DNA of 21,849 nt, from positions 1-21,849 of the IMG/VR virus record IMGVR_UViG_2693429728_000015. One strand, given 5' to 3'. Below are positions 8,403-16,918 of the stretch, in pieces. The DNA comes from a virus (taxonomy: Duplodnaviria; Heunggongvirae; Uroviricota; Caudoviricetes). A program made the position numbers and the translations under genes. Under the pieces are notes generated by a model that worked only from the letters and a program-made list of their open reading frames with translations, was not told the DNA's origin and ran no database searches. Positions within the stretch are counted from its first letter, which is position 1; each line of letters begins with the position of its first letter.

Positions 8403-9035
8403 TTAGATACTCTTTATTACTTTGACTGCACGCCCAATAACTTCCACATCATCAGTAGAGCACTCGAAAGACGCTTCATCTTGATTTACTACAATCTTAT
8501 TGCCGGGAATCCGCATGATTTTTGCAACAATAATCATTCCATCAATATTGATAAGCCAGAATCCATTGCTGACCTGTTTAATTGATTTATCGATGAGATA
8601 ACAATTAGTAGGGGTTTCTAAGAACATCAATTCTTCATAATCTGCAGGTAATATGCTGTGGTCTAGGAAAATCTCTTCATCAATACTGAGTTGTCCATTC
8701 TCCAGGGTTCCTTTAGGAATAGCTGGAGTTATGAGTTTGGATAACGGTTTAATTGCTTGTTTGTTCTCATTATGAGAACTTTTCTCAGGCTCAGCTCCTC
8801 CTTTCATGCTTCCCTGTCCTGTAGCTAACCAAAGCAACGAAACACCGGTTTCTAGTGCGCACTGAATTATCCAGTCAGCAGGAAAGCTGTCACGTAACAC
8901 TCTGTTTGCCATAGTGCTTTTTGAGACATTCAGGTGCTCGCTTAATGCCTGCTTAGTTGTGAATCCATAAGCCTCAAGCAGCCTTCCAATAGCTGCCTTA
9001 CCTCCCGTATCGGAACCCATTCTGATGTTTAACAT
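8403..9035 (-). CDS. cI: CI-type immunity repressor (phage 186 CI-like)
   Basis: 210-aa ORF. N-terminal HTH region '...LEAYGF...CALETGVSLLWLATGQG' resembles 186 CI. Divergent from apl/cII and directly upstream of int, as in 186-like phages. Confidence 0.8.
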   Translation of the reverse strand: MLNIRMGSDTGGKAAIGRLLEAYGFTTKQALSEHLNVSKSTMANRVLRDSFPADWIIQCALETGVSLLWLATGQGSMKGGAEPEKSSHNENKQAIKPLSKLITPAIPKGTLENGQLSIDEEIFLDHSILPADYEELMFLETPTNCYLIDKSIKQVSNGFWLINIDGMIIVAKIMRIPGNKIVVNQDEASFECSTDDVEVIGRAVKVIKSI

Positions 9036-9156
9036 TGGTGATCTCCATTTGACAATCTTGAATCAAGATCGTAATGTCTTCATGTCTCTTGATGTGAGAG
9101 TTTAAGAGACGGGCTAAAACGAACTAACACGCACACAAAGTAAGAGATACTGCACT
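9036..9156. promoter_or_regulatory. Lysis-lysogeny switch region: rightward promoter (TTGACA-17-TAATGT) with a palindromic operator in the spacer
   Basis: -35 TTGACA at 9049-9054 and -10 TAATGT at 9072-9077. The 17-bp spacer contains the inverted repeat ATCTTGA-A-TCAAGAT (9055-9069). A leftward (face-to-face) promoter for cI may lie further right, as in phage 186, but was not resolved. Confidence 0.5.
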
Positions 9157-9399
9157 ATGAGTACTGATATTTCAATTCGTGTACCAAAAGAGATGGCTAC
9201 GCCTGCAGAGTTCGCAGAGTGGGAGGGTATTTCCCGCGGCTCTGTTTACCAAAAAATTCACCATGGTCAACTTGCTAAGTACATGGTCAAGAAAGAAAAA
9301 AACAAAGGCCGCGTAAGCCTGCGTTATCTGATGTACAAAACCGATCAGGTCCGTGAATCCCTCGGTCATTCCAACTTCCGCGTCATTGTTGGTAAGTAA
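9157..9399 (+). CDS. apl: Apl/Cox-like excisionase and transcriptional regulator
   Basis: 80-aa ORF in the first position of the rightward operon, divergent from cI. Basic, HTH-like. Assignment is by position and size. Confidence 0.6.
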   Translation: MSTDISIRVPKEMATPAEFAEWEGISRGSVYQKIHHGQLAKYMVKKEKNKGRVSLRYLMYKTDQVRESLGHSNFRVIVGK

Positions 9400-9431
9400 G
9401 TTCAATTATGGGAACTTTCTAAGGGGGCACC

Positions 9432-9941
9432 ATGTTTGATTACAAGATTTCCAAACATCCGCATTTCGATGAAGCCTGTAGGGCTTTTGCACTGCGCCAC
9501 AACCTGGTGCAACTGGCAGAACGTGCAGGCATGAATGTGCAGATTCTGCGGAACAAGCTGAACCCAGCTCAACCTCATTTATTAACTGCACCAGAAATCT
9601 GGTTGCTTACCGATCTGACTGAAGATTCAACGCTGGTAGATGGTTTTCTGGCTCAGATTCACTGCCTGCCATGTGTACCGATTAATGAGGTGGCAAAAGA
9701 GAAACTGCCACATTACGTCATGAGTGCAACCGCAGAGATCGGGCGTGTCGCGGCAGGTGCGGTTTCTGGCGATGTAAAAACCAGTGCAGGCCGTCGTGAT
9801 GCGATCAGCAGCATTAACTCTGTTACACGACTGATGGCGCTGGCTGCTGTTTCATTGCAGGCCCGTTTACAGGCTAATCCTGCGATGGCGAGTGCGGTTG
9901 ATACCGTGACTGGCCTCGGTGCTTCATTCGGTTTGCTGTGA
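9432..9941 (+). CDS. cII: CII-like lysogeny establishment regulator (phage 186 CII family)
   Basis: 169-aa ORF. '[22 protein letters not shown]...[25 protein letters not shown]' closely matches 186 CII as I recall it. Strong SD (AAGGGGG). Confidence 0.85.
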   Translation: MFDYKISKHPHFDEACRAFALRHNLVQLAERAGMNVQILRNKLNPAQPHLLTAPEIWLLTDLTEDSTLVDGFLAQIHCLPCVPINEVAKEKLPHYVMSATAEIGRVAAGAVSGDVKTSAGRRDAISSINSVTRLMALAAVSLQARLQANPAMASAVDTVTGLGASFGLL

Positions 9942-9954
9942 GGTGCTTATGCTG

Positions 9955-10245
9955 ATGAAAGAACCATCATTTGCATCGCTCCTGGTAAAACAAAGTCCGG
10001 CAATGCACTACGGTCACGGCTGGATCATGGGTGAGGATGGTAAACGCTGGCATCCGTGCCGTTCACAAGATGAATTGCTGTCTGAATTGACCACGAGGAA
10101 ACGGAGAAAGTCCAAATGTATGCGGCAGAAAATAAAGTGGTTTATCACTTTCGTTACAGAGGGGAGAATTATTCAGTACCTGAAGATGATTTGCTCTGTT
10201 GCTATCCGTCGTTGTCGGGCGATGGTAGCTACTTTTTCACGCTAA
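9955..10245 (+). CDS. Hypothetical early protein (start and end uncertain)
   Basis: ORF track starts at GTG 9919 inside cII. ATG 9955 has GAGGTG 9 nt upstream. The C-terminal third overlaps the next gene in another frame and looks compositionally odd, so the true product may be shorter. Confidence 0.3.
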   Translation: MKEPSFASLLVKQSPAMHYGHGWIMGEDGKRWHPCRSQDELLSELTTRKRRKSKCMRQKIKWFITFVTEGRIIQYLKMICSVAIRRCRAMVATFSR

Positions 10246-10340
10246 AGGATGGAACCTTTATACGTGGTGAAAAAGTACAAGAAGTGATGCGTATAAAGAC
10301 ATCACCTCTTGAACGTTATCGGCGAAATATTTATCGGTAA
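10116..10340 (+). CDS. Hypothetical early protein
   Basis: 74-aa ORF with GGAGAAAG 5 nt upstream of the ATG. Confidence 0.5.
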   Translation: MYAAENKVVYHFRYRGENYSVPEDDLLCCYPSLSGDGSYFFTLKDGTFIRGEKVQEVMRIKTSPLERYRRNIYR

Positions 10341-10579
10341 CGATCTATCAGTGTCTGTATCAGATGAGTGAATTCTTGTTGTTTAACCGAACCTAAAGGA
10401 AGTTTGTTTAATTCTTCGCGGAGGAGCTCAAAAAATGCTGATTGATTTGCTGAGTCAGTTCGAAATAAGGAGTGGATCAGACCTGAAACAAGAATTCGTT
10501 GAACAGCAACCTCATCGCGAAGACTGGAGATCTCGTTTTCAAGTTGCTCTAAACGCTCTCTTTCAACCGGGTTCAACAT
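10331..10579 (-). CDS. Hypothetical 82-aa protein encoded antisense to the early operon
   Basis: AAGGAA lies 6 nt upstream of the ATG on the minus strand. Convergent with 10116-10340, overlapping it by 10 nt. Confidence 0.5.
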   Translation of the reverse strand: MLNPVERERLEQLENEISSLRDEVAVQRILVSGLIHSLFRTDSANQSAFFELLREELNKLPLGSVKQQEFTHLIQTLIDRYR

Positions 10580-10660
10580 TGATGATTCCTTCTAGCTATC
10601 AATATGTTGGTAATGGATCATATCAAAAATTTTTTAGTAGATGTGTTGTGGGATGCATAA

Positions 10661-11002
10661 ATGGCTATTGAAGGCGCTGCGGCGACTGTTCCATTAAGTC
10701 CCGGTGAACGCCTGAATGGACTTAATCACATTGCGGAGTTAAGGGCGAAAGTATTTGGCCTGAATATTGAGTCAGAGCTTGAGCGGTTTATTAAAGATAT
10801 GCGTGATCCACGGGATATCAATAACGAACAAAATAAACGGGCACTGGCTGCCATATTCTTTATGGCAAAAATTCCAGCTGAACGTCATAGCATCAGCATT
10901 AATGAGCTGACCACTGACGAAAAGCGGGAGTTGATTAAAGCAATGAATCATTTTCGTGCAGTGGTGAGCTTATTTCCCAGACGGCTAACCATGCCGAATT
11001 AA
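10661..11002 (+). CDS. Hypothetical early protein
   Basis: 113-aa ORF with ATG start. No motif recognised. Confidence 0.5.
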   Translation: MAIEGAAATVPLSPGERLNGLNHIAELRAKVFGLNIESELERFIKDMRDPRDINNEQNKRALAAIFFMAKIPAERHSISINELTTDEKRELIKAMNHFRAVVSLFPRRLTMPN

Positions 11003-11069
11003 CCAACTAATGAAATTAATGGCGTAAACCCGCCGGGCATCCCTTTATCTAAATTCAGGAGAATTGATT

Positions 11070-11303
11070 ATGCGTAATATTGAAATCCTCACGACTAAAA
11101 CCGGACCGGATGACGCAGGGCTTAATATTTTACTGACAGAGGCTCGTCTGGAAGAACGTCGGGCAAGGGCTGAAGCAATGGCAGCTCGCCTTGATAGCCT
11201 GGCGTGTCATATCACATCCCGCCAGCTAAACCACGTCGAAGCGGCAGAACTGCTGCGTGTAACTGCTGAAGCAATCCAGAACGAAGCGCAGGAGATCCAC
11301 TAA
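11070..11303 (+). CDS. Hypothetical early protein
   Basis: ORF track starts at TTG 11064. ATG 11070 has CAGGAGAA upstream. The stop overlaps the next gene's ATG (coupled). Confidence 0.55.
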   Translation: MRNIEILTTKTGPDDAGLNILLTEARLEERRARAEAMAARLDSLACHITSRQLNHVEAAELLRVTAEAIQNEAQEIH

Positions 11304-11530
11304 TGGCTGATGCAATGGATCTCGTACAGCAGCGCGTTGAAGAAGAACGCCAGCGCCATATTCGTGCTGTCCGTGCCAAAACACCGGGCGTGTCTCGCGT
11401 GCTTTGTATTGAATGTGAAGCGCCAATTCCGCCAGCACGACGCCGCGCCATTCCGGGAGTGCAGCTTTGCATTACCTGCCAGGAAATCGCAGAGCTGAAA
11501 GGCAAACATTACAACGGAGGTGCTGTATGA
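11303..11530 (+). CDS. TraR/DksA-family C4 zinc-finger protein (P2 orf82-like)
   Basis: 75-aa ORF with two Cys pairs, 'CIECEAPIP' and 'CITCQE', and AGGAGA upstream. Confidence 0.7.
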
Positions 11531-11829
11531 CAAGGGCAGTGCGTATCCATCAATTAAAAATTGCACCTAAGTATTTCAACGCTGTGGTTGCAGGTCAAAA
11601 GACGGCTGAACTTCGTAAAGACGATCGTGGCTATAAAGTTGGTGATGTTCTTTCTCTTTGCGAATGGAAGCATGGCGTATTTACGGGTAGGGAATGGGCC
11701 GCTGTTATCTCTCATGTGCTTCCGGTTAATGACGTCATGGCAGTTTCAGAACAATGGGTGATGCTATCAATTCGCCCATTAACCCCATTAGAAGCTTTAG
11801 GATATGTTATTGCAGGAGGTGCTGTATGA
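11527..11829 (+). CDS. ASCH/DUF3850-like (PUA-fold) protein
   Basis: ORF track starts at 11467 inside the previous gene. ATG 11527 gives a 100-aa protein, '[40 protein letters not shown]...', which resembles ASCH/DUF3850. Immediately upstream of the methyltransferase. Confidence 0.55.
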
Positions 11830-12683
11830 GTACCATCCTGAAATGGGCGGGTAATAAAACTGCCATTATGTCCGAACTGAAAAAACATCTTCCTGCTGGC
11901 CCGCGACTGGTTGAACCTTTCGCGGGTTCCTGTGCTGTGATGATGGAGACGGATTACCCCAGCTATCTGGTTGCGGATATTAATCCTGATTTAATCAACC
12001 TCTATAAAAAGGTTGCTGCTGATTGCGAGGCGTTTATATCTCGTGCCAGAGCTTTATTTGAGGAAGCAAACAGGGAGTTGGCTTATTACAACATAAGGCA
12101 GGAGTTTAATTACTCCACTGAAATTACTGATTTCATGAAAGCGGTATATTTCCTGTATCTCAATCGTCATGGTTACCGTGGGTTATGTCGTTATAACAAG
12201 AGCGGGCATTTCAACATTCCATACGGTAATTATAAAAATCCGTATTTCCCTGAAAAAGAAATTCGCGCATTTGCAGAGAAAGCCCAGCGAGCAACGTTTA
12301 TCTGCGCCAGCTTTGATGAAACGCTGGCGATGCTGCAGGTGGGGGATGTGGTGTATTGCGATCCGCCTTATGACGGTACGTTTTCCGGCTATCACACTGA
12401 TGGTTTCACTGAAGATGACCAGTATCACCTGGCATCCGTTCTTGAACATCGGTCATCAGAAGGACATCCGGTCATTGTTTCTAACAGTGACACATCCCTG
12501 ATCCGTTCGCTGTATCGAAATTTTACTCACCACTACATCAAGGCAAAACGCAGCATCGGTGTAGCAGCTGGTGAGAGTAAATCTGCAACAGAAATCATCG
12601 CTGTTTCCGGGCCGCGCTGCTGGGTGGGATTTGATCCTTCGCGTGGCGTGGATAGTTCTGCCGTGTACGGAGTGCGTGCATGA
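11826..12683 (+). CDS. dam: Dam-family N6-adenine DNA methyltransferase
   Basis: ORF track starts at 11754. ATG 11826 has GGAGGTG upstream. N-terminal '[20 protein letters not shown]...EPFAGSCAV' is the AdoMet-binding region; 'CDPPYDG' is the catalytic DPPY motif. Confidence 0.85.
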
Positions 12684-15094
12684 GCCATGCTGATATGAAC
12701 AACTGCAGCGGCTTTAACGAGGTCGCCGCAGCATTCTCATGGAACAGCCCGAAAAAGGCCATTAACCCTTATCTGGACCCGGCGGAAGTTGCGCCGGTTT
12801 CTGCGCTTTCAAACCTGATCACTCTGTACGCTACTGATAACGAGCAGGAACAACTGCGCCGCGAGGCACTGAGTGATCAGGTTTGGGAGCGTTATTTCTT
12901 TAATGAATCCCGTGATCCTGTCCAGCGCGAAATGGAGCAGGATAAGCTCATTAGCCGGGCAAAGTTGGCGCATGAGCAGCAGCGTTTTAACCCGGACATG
13001 GTCATTCTGGCAGACGTTAACGCCCAGCCTTCCCATATCAGCAGGCCGCTGATGCAACGTATTGAATACTTCAGCAGCCTTGGCAGGCCAAAGGCTTATT
13101 CCCGCTATTTGCGTGAGACGATTAAGCCATGTCTGGAACGGCTGGAGCATGTACGCGACAGTCAGCTATCCACTTCTTTTCGCTTTATGGCAAGCCATGA
13201 AGGGCTGGACGGCCTGCTGATTCTGCCTGAAATGAGTCAGGATCAGGTGAAACGCCTGTCCACCCTTGTTGCTGCGCATATGAGCATGTGCCTTGATGCA
13301 GCTTGTGGCGATTTGTATGCCACCGATGACGTTAAGCCAGAAGAAATCCGCAAGACATGGGAAAAGGTGGCAGCAGAAACCCTGCGACTGGATGTCATAC
13401 CGCCTGCGTTTGAGCAACTCCGCCGGAAAAGAAACCGCCGCAAACCTGTGCCCTATGAACTCATTCCGGGTTCGCTGGCGCGTATGCTGTGCGCCGACTG
13501 GTGGTATCGGAAATTATGGAAGATGCGTTGCGAATGGCGGGAAGAGCAGTTGCGTGCTGTCAGCCTGGTCAGCAAAAAAGCATCTCCCTATGTCAGCTAT
13601 GAAGCCGTGATGCATAAACGTGAGCAGCGCCGTAAGTCGCTGGAGTTTTTCCGTTCTCATGAACTGGTGAACGAAGACGGCGACACGCTGAACATGGAGG
13701 ATGTGGTAAACGCCAGCAGCAGCAACCCGGCGCATCGCCGCAATGAGATGATGGCCTGTGTTAAAGGCCTGGAACTTATCGCGGAAATGCGTGGTGACTG
13801 CGCCGTTTTCTACACCATCACCTGTCCGTCACGTTTCCATTCCACGCTAAATAACGGCAGGCCAAACCCGACCTGGACCAACGCGACAGTAAGACAAAGC
13901 AGCGATTATCTGGTCGGCATGTTTGCTGCATTTCGTAAGGCTATGCACAAAGCCGGGTTGCGCTGGTATGGCGTGCGGGTGGCTGAGCCACATCATGACG
14001 GTACAGTTCACTGGCACCTGTTGTGTTTTATGCGCAAAAAAGACCGCCGCGCCATCACTGCATTACTGCGTAAGTTTGCCATCCGTGAAGACCGCGAGGA
14101 GCTGGGCAATAACACGGGGCCGCGCTTTAAGTCTGAGTTGATTAACCCGCGCAAAGGAACGCCGACAAGCTACATCGCGAAATATATCAGTAAGAACATT
14201 GACGGGCGTGGTCTGGCTGGCGAGATCAGCAAGGAAACGGGTAAATCCCTGCGTGATAACGCTGAATACGTGAATGCCTGGGCGTCTCTGCATCGTGTTC
14301 AGCAATTCCGCTTCTTTGGTATTCCGGGGCGTCAGGCTTATCGTGAACTGCGATTGCTGGCTGGTCAGGCGGCAAGGCAGCAGGGTGACAAAAAAGCAGG
14401 TGCGCCGGTACTGGATAACCCACGCCTTGATGCCATCCTGGCTGCTGCTGATGCTGGCTGTTTTGCGACCTACATCATGAAGCAGGGCGGCGTGCTGGTT
14501 CCCCGCAAATATCACCTTATCAGAACAGCTTATGAAATTAACGAAGAGCCGACCGCCTATGGCGATCACGGTATTCGTATTTATGGCATCTGGTCACCCA
14601 TTGCAGAGGGCAAGATCTGCACTCATGCAGTGAAGTGGAAAATGGTTCGTAAGGCCGTTGACGTTCAGGAGGCGGCAGCCGAACAGGGCGCTTGCGCCCC
14701 TTGGACTCGTGGCAATAACTGTCCCCTTGCTGAAAATTTGAACCAACAAGGGAAAGACAAATCAGCTGATGGGGATACCAGAACGGACATTACCCACATG
14801 GATGACAAGGAGTTGCACGATTACCTGCACAGTATGAACAAAAAAGAGCGCCGGGAACTGGCTGCAAGGTTACGCCTGGTGAAACCGAAACGGCGTAGAG
14901 ACTACAAACAGCGAATTACAGACCATCAACGACAGCAGCTCGTCTATGAACTGAAGTCCAGAGGATTTGATGGCAGCGAGAAAGAGGTCGATTTACTCCT
15001 TCGCGGCGGCAGTATTCCGTCAGGAGCAGGCCTGCGTGTCTTCTATCGGAACCAGCGTTTGCAGGAAGATGATAAGTGGCGGAACCTGTATTAA
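12680..15094 (+). CDS. A: P2/186 gene A-type replication initiation endonuclease
   Basis: 804-aa ORF, GC-rich, in the position after the early genes. Size and conserved blocks (for example '[11 protein letters not shown]') are consistent with the rolling-circle initiator A. Start overlaps the dam stop. Confidence 0.8.
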   Translation: MSHADMNNCSGFNEVAAAFSWNSPKKAINPYLDPAEVAPVSALSNLITLYATDNEQEQLRREALSDQVWERYFFNESRDPVQREMEQDKLISRAKLAHEQQRFNPDMVILADVNAQPSHISRPLMQRIEYFSSLGRPKAYSRYLRETIKPCLERLEHVRDSQLSTSFRFMASHEGLDGLLILPEMSQDQVKRLSTLVAAHMSMCLDAACGDLYATDDVKPEEIRKTWEKVAAETLRLDVIPPAFEQLRRKRNRRKPVPYELIPGSLARMLCADWWYRKLWKMRCEWREEQLRAVSLVSKKASPYVSYEAVMHKREQRRKSLEFFRSHELVNEDGDTLNMEDVVNASSSNPAHRRNEMMACVKGLELIAEMRGDCAVFYTITCPSRFHSTLNNGRPNPTWTNATVRQSSDYLVGMFAAFRKAMHKAGLRWYGVRVAEPHHDGTVHWHLLCFMRKKDRRAITALLRKFAIREDREELGNNTGPRFKSELINPRKGTPTSYIAKYISKNIDGRGLAGEISKETGKSLRDNAEYVNAWASLHRVQQFRFFGIPGRQAYRELRLLAGQAARQQGDKKAGAPVLDNPRLDAILAAADAGCFATYIMKQGGVLVPRKYHLIRTAYEINEEPTAYGDHGIRIYGIWSPIAEGKICTHAVKWKMVRKAVDVQEAAAEQGACAPWTRGNNCPLAENLNQQGKDKSADGDTRTDITHMDDKELHDYLHSMNKKERRELAARLRLVKPKRRRDYKQRITDHQRQQLVYELKSRGFDGSEKEVDLLLRGGSIPSGAGLRVFYRNQRLQEDDKWRNLY

Positions 15095-15163
15095 TTACGC
15101 GGGTTAACAATTCGTGCTCTTAATAATACCAGGCATATCAGGCTGATGAACGTAAAAAAACGT

Positions 15164-15206
15164 TTTACATCAGTAAGATTATCATATACTGTAAATATAA
15201 ACAGTG
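15164..15206 (+). promoter_or_regulatory. SOS-regulated promoter: TTTACA-17-TACTGT with a LexA box overlapping the -10
   Basis: LexA box TACTGTAAATATAAACAGTG at 15187-15206 (CTGT-N8-ACAG). -35 TTTACA at 15164-15169. It lies upstream of the small ORF and the DinI-like gene. Confidence 0.6.
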
Positions 15207-15247
15207 GTTATCTATACAGTATTGTTTGCGGTGTCATAGGAGGAAAG

Positions 15248-15436
15248 ATGCAGGACTATTTTTTGGAGTCTTTGAAGCTCCAGCGCATTGATTTTTTTCT
15301 TAAGCTTGTAGCGGCTAGTGAGTGTAGTGATGAAGAGAAGGGGCTGGCCCTGCAGTGGGTTTCTGAATTGACTGATGAACTCATGGCAAAAATCAGAAGC
15401 CACGAATACAACCGCTCAATGGATGTCATCAGCTGA
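15248..15436 (+). CDS. Small acidic protein, possibly the N-terminal antirepressor part of a Tum-like module
   Basis: ORF track starts at 15146. ATG 15248 has the strong SD AGGAGGAAAG upstream and gives 62 aa. Downstream of the LexA box and upstream of the DinI-like gene. Confidence 0.45.
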   Translation: MQDYFLESLKLQRIDFFLKLVAASECSDEEKGLALQWVSELTDELMAKIRSHEYNRSMDVIS

Positions 15437-15446
15437 GGTGACTTTT

Positions 15447-15680
15447 ATGCGCATTGAAATAATGATCGATAAAGAGCAGAAGATTAGCCAGTCTACCCTG
15501 GACGCTCTGGAGTCCGAGCTTTACCGCAACCTGCAACCCATCTATCCCAAGACCGCTATCCGCATCCGTAAAGGGTCGGCAAACGGCGTTGAGCTGAGTG
15601 GCTTAAAGCTTGATGAAGACAAAAAGCGGGTGATGGAAATTATGCAACAGGTTTGGGAAGACGACAGCTGGCTGCACTAA
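15447..15680 (+). CDS. DinI-family protein
   Basis: ATG 15447 with GAGGTG 6 nt upstream. 77-aa 'MRIEIMIDKEQ...ALESELYRNLQ...VMEIMQQVWEDDSWLH' resembles E. coli DinI. The phage 186 Tum antirepressor has a DinI-like C-terminal part. Confidence 0.7.
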   Translation: MRIEIMIDKEQKISQSTLDALESELYRNLQPIYPKTAIRIRKGSANGVELSGLKLDEDKKRVMEIMQQVWEDDSWLH

Positions 15681-15798
15681 GGAACGTTCCTGATGTAAGA
15701 ACTTGAATCTGACGTCAGCAAGGTTGAACAACGAGAGTAGCGAGGCGTTAGCCATGGGTAAAAAAGACAGTAATCACCAGATTATTTATCGGGGCTAG

Positions 15799-16014
15799 GT
15801 GCTGGAACGTTTAACCCTTGGCGACTGGGTCTTCTTTCAACGCCCAAAGGAGTGTGGCGGAGGTTTTTGGTTGGGCCGCATCTATGAAGACTGCTTCTGG
15901 CTTGAGCTGGAATTCCCCGTTTCGCTATATGACGGCCTGGGGTTTTTGATGGAAGTCACTAGGGTAGAGCAGAGAAGTGATGAGGTTGACGCGAATTATC
16001 CCCTGTTTGATTAA
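15799..16014 (+). CDS. Hypothetical protein (GTG start, weak)
   Basis: 71-aa ORF with GTG start and no clear SD. May be a remnant. Confidence 0.25.
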   Translation: MLERLTLGDWVFFQRPKECGGGFWLGRIYEDCFWLELEFPVSLYDGLGFLMEVTRVEQRSDEVDANYPLFD

Positions 16015-16033
16015 AAATGTATTAGCTTATAAT
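16006..16033 (+). promoter_or_regulatory. Near-consensus sigma70 promoter (TTGATT-16-TATAAT) upstream of the membrane-protein gene
   Basis: -35 TTGATT at 16006-16011 and -10 TATAAT at 16028-16033, about 30 nt upstream of ATG 16063. Confidence 0.5.
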
Positions 16034-16062
16034 GGAATACTATTTTTGCAGGTGGGGGCGCA

Positions 16063-16674
16063 ATGGATTTAGTCTTTAAAGTTCTGGCTTCGTTGGGTGG
16101 GGTGTCTTTTGTTGCATCTGGCATATTTGTTTGGATCGGGAAAGTTTATTTAGAAAGATATAAGTCGCGGCTAAACAAAGATATTGCTGAATTTCAATCA
16201 CAACTGAGTGCAACTAATGAAAGAATAAAGGCTAAGTTAGACAATTCTGTTTATGTAACGAAAGCGTATTTTGATAAGGAGTTATCAGCATATAGTCTCA
16301 TTTGGAATTCGATGTTTGAAACCAGAGAAAGCGTGCTTAAGCTGAGGCCTGCGCTGGATCATGTTGACCCCAACGAACCATTTGAAGAGAGAAAATTTAG
16401 AAGGTTGAAAGTTTTTTCTGATGCATTTAACACTTTTGTTACAAGTGTTGAATCTAACAAACCGTTCATCTCACCAGAGGTTTATATAATCTTGGACCGT
16501 TTCCGGAAGGAATGCCTTTCAGAGTCAATATCGTTTAAGCATAGCGATCCAGAATTTGACGGGCAAAATTATTGGAAAGAGGCGGAGTTGAACCATACAA
16601 CCATCATCAAGCTTTTTGATGAGACGTGTGATGCAATTCGAGACAGGATGCACACATTAACTGTGGTTACGTAG
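16063..16674 (+). CDS. Membrane-anchored protein (single N-terminal TM helix), unknown function
   Basis: 203-aa ORF. Residues about 5-26 ('FKVLASLGGVSFVASGIFVWIG') are hydrophobic. GGTGGGGG upstream of the ATG. AT-rich. Confidence 0.65.
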   Translation: MDLVFKVLASLGGVSFVASGIFVWIGKVYLERYKSRLNKDIAEFQSQLSATNERIKAKLDNSVYVTKAYFDKELSAYSLIWNSMFETRESVLKLRPALDHVDPNEPFEERKFRRLKVFSDAFNTFVTSVESNKPFISPEVYIILDRFRKECLSESISFKHSDPEFDGQNYWKEAELNHTTIIKLFDETCDAIRDRMHTLTVVT

Positions 16675-16766
16675 GTTTCCAAAAAGTCTCGATGCCCGCT
16701 TTGGAGATTGTGCATGTCTATGCCGCATGAATCCGCATGATCGTTTGAGGATCGTTTTAGCTGAGG

Positions 16767-16792
16767 CCCGCCAGGAGTGGCGGGATTTTGCT
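16767..16792 (+). terminator. Hairpin plus T-rich tract (possible terminator or attenuator) between the membrane-protein and KAP genes
   Basis: CCCGCCA-ggag-TGGCGGG (16767-16784) followed by ATTTTGCTT, inside a GC-rich spacer that contrasts with the AT-rich flanking genes. Confidence 0.35.
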
Positions 16793-16918
16793 TATGTCAT
16801 GCAGGCGCATGAAAACCGCTACATAAAGCGGGCAGGCGTGGCGGGGATACGAGCGCGCGCTCATTACTTTTATAATTCTAGGGTTATAATACGGGGCTGT
16901 CTTTCTAGGAGAAAACAC

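Noticed and set aside
6380-8406. Small plus-strand ORFs opposite the ThyX-like, Dcd-like and int genes, and a minus-strand ORF inside int
   Set aside because: Antisense or out-of-frame to well-supported genes, with no SD.
9919-9954. GTG start at 9919 for the ORF after cII
   Set aside because: It lies inside the cII coding sequence. ATG 9955 with an upstream GAGGTG is more plausible, and even then the ORF is low confidence.
10435-10671. Plus-strand 78-aa ORF in the early region
   Set aside because: It overlaps the minus-strand 82-aa ORF, which has a much better SD; no SD for the plus-strand frame.
12809-14569. Several ORFs on both strands within gene A
   Set aside because: Embedded in or opposite a long, well-supported CDS; Arg/Cys-rich translations typical of GC-rich out-of-frame reads.
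16727-16918. Longer KAP NTPase starting at ATG 16727 (as in the ORF track)
   Set aside because: The extension is GC-rich, unlike the AT-rich gene, and a strong SD with TATAAT boxes precedes ATG 16919. Kept as a finding because the in-frame continuity is odd.
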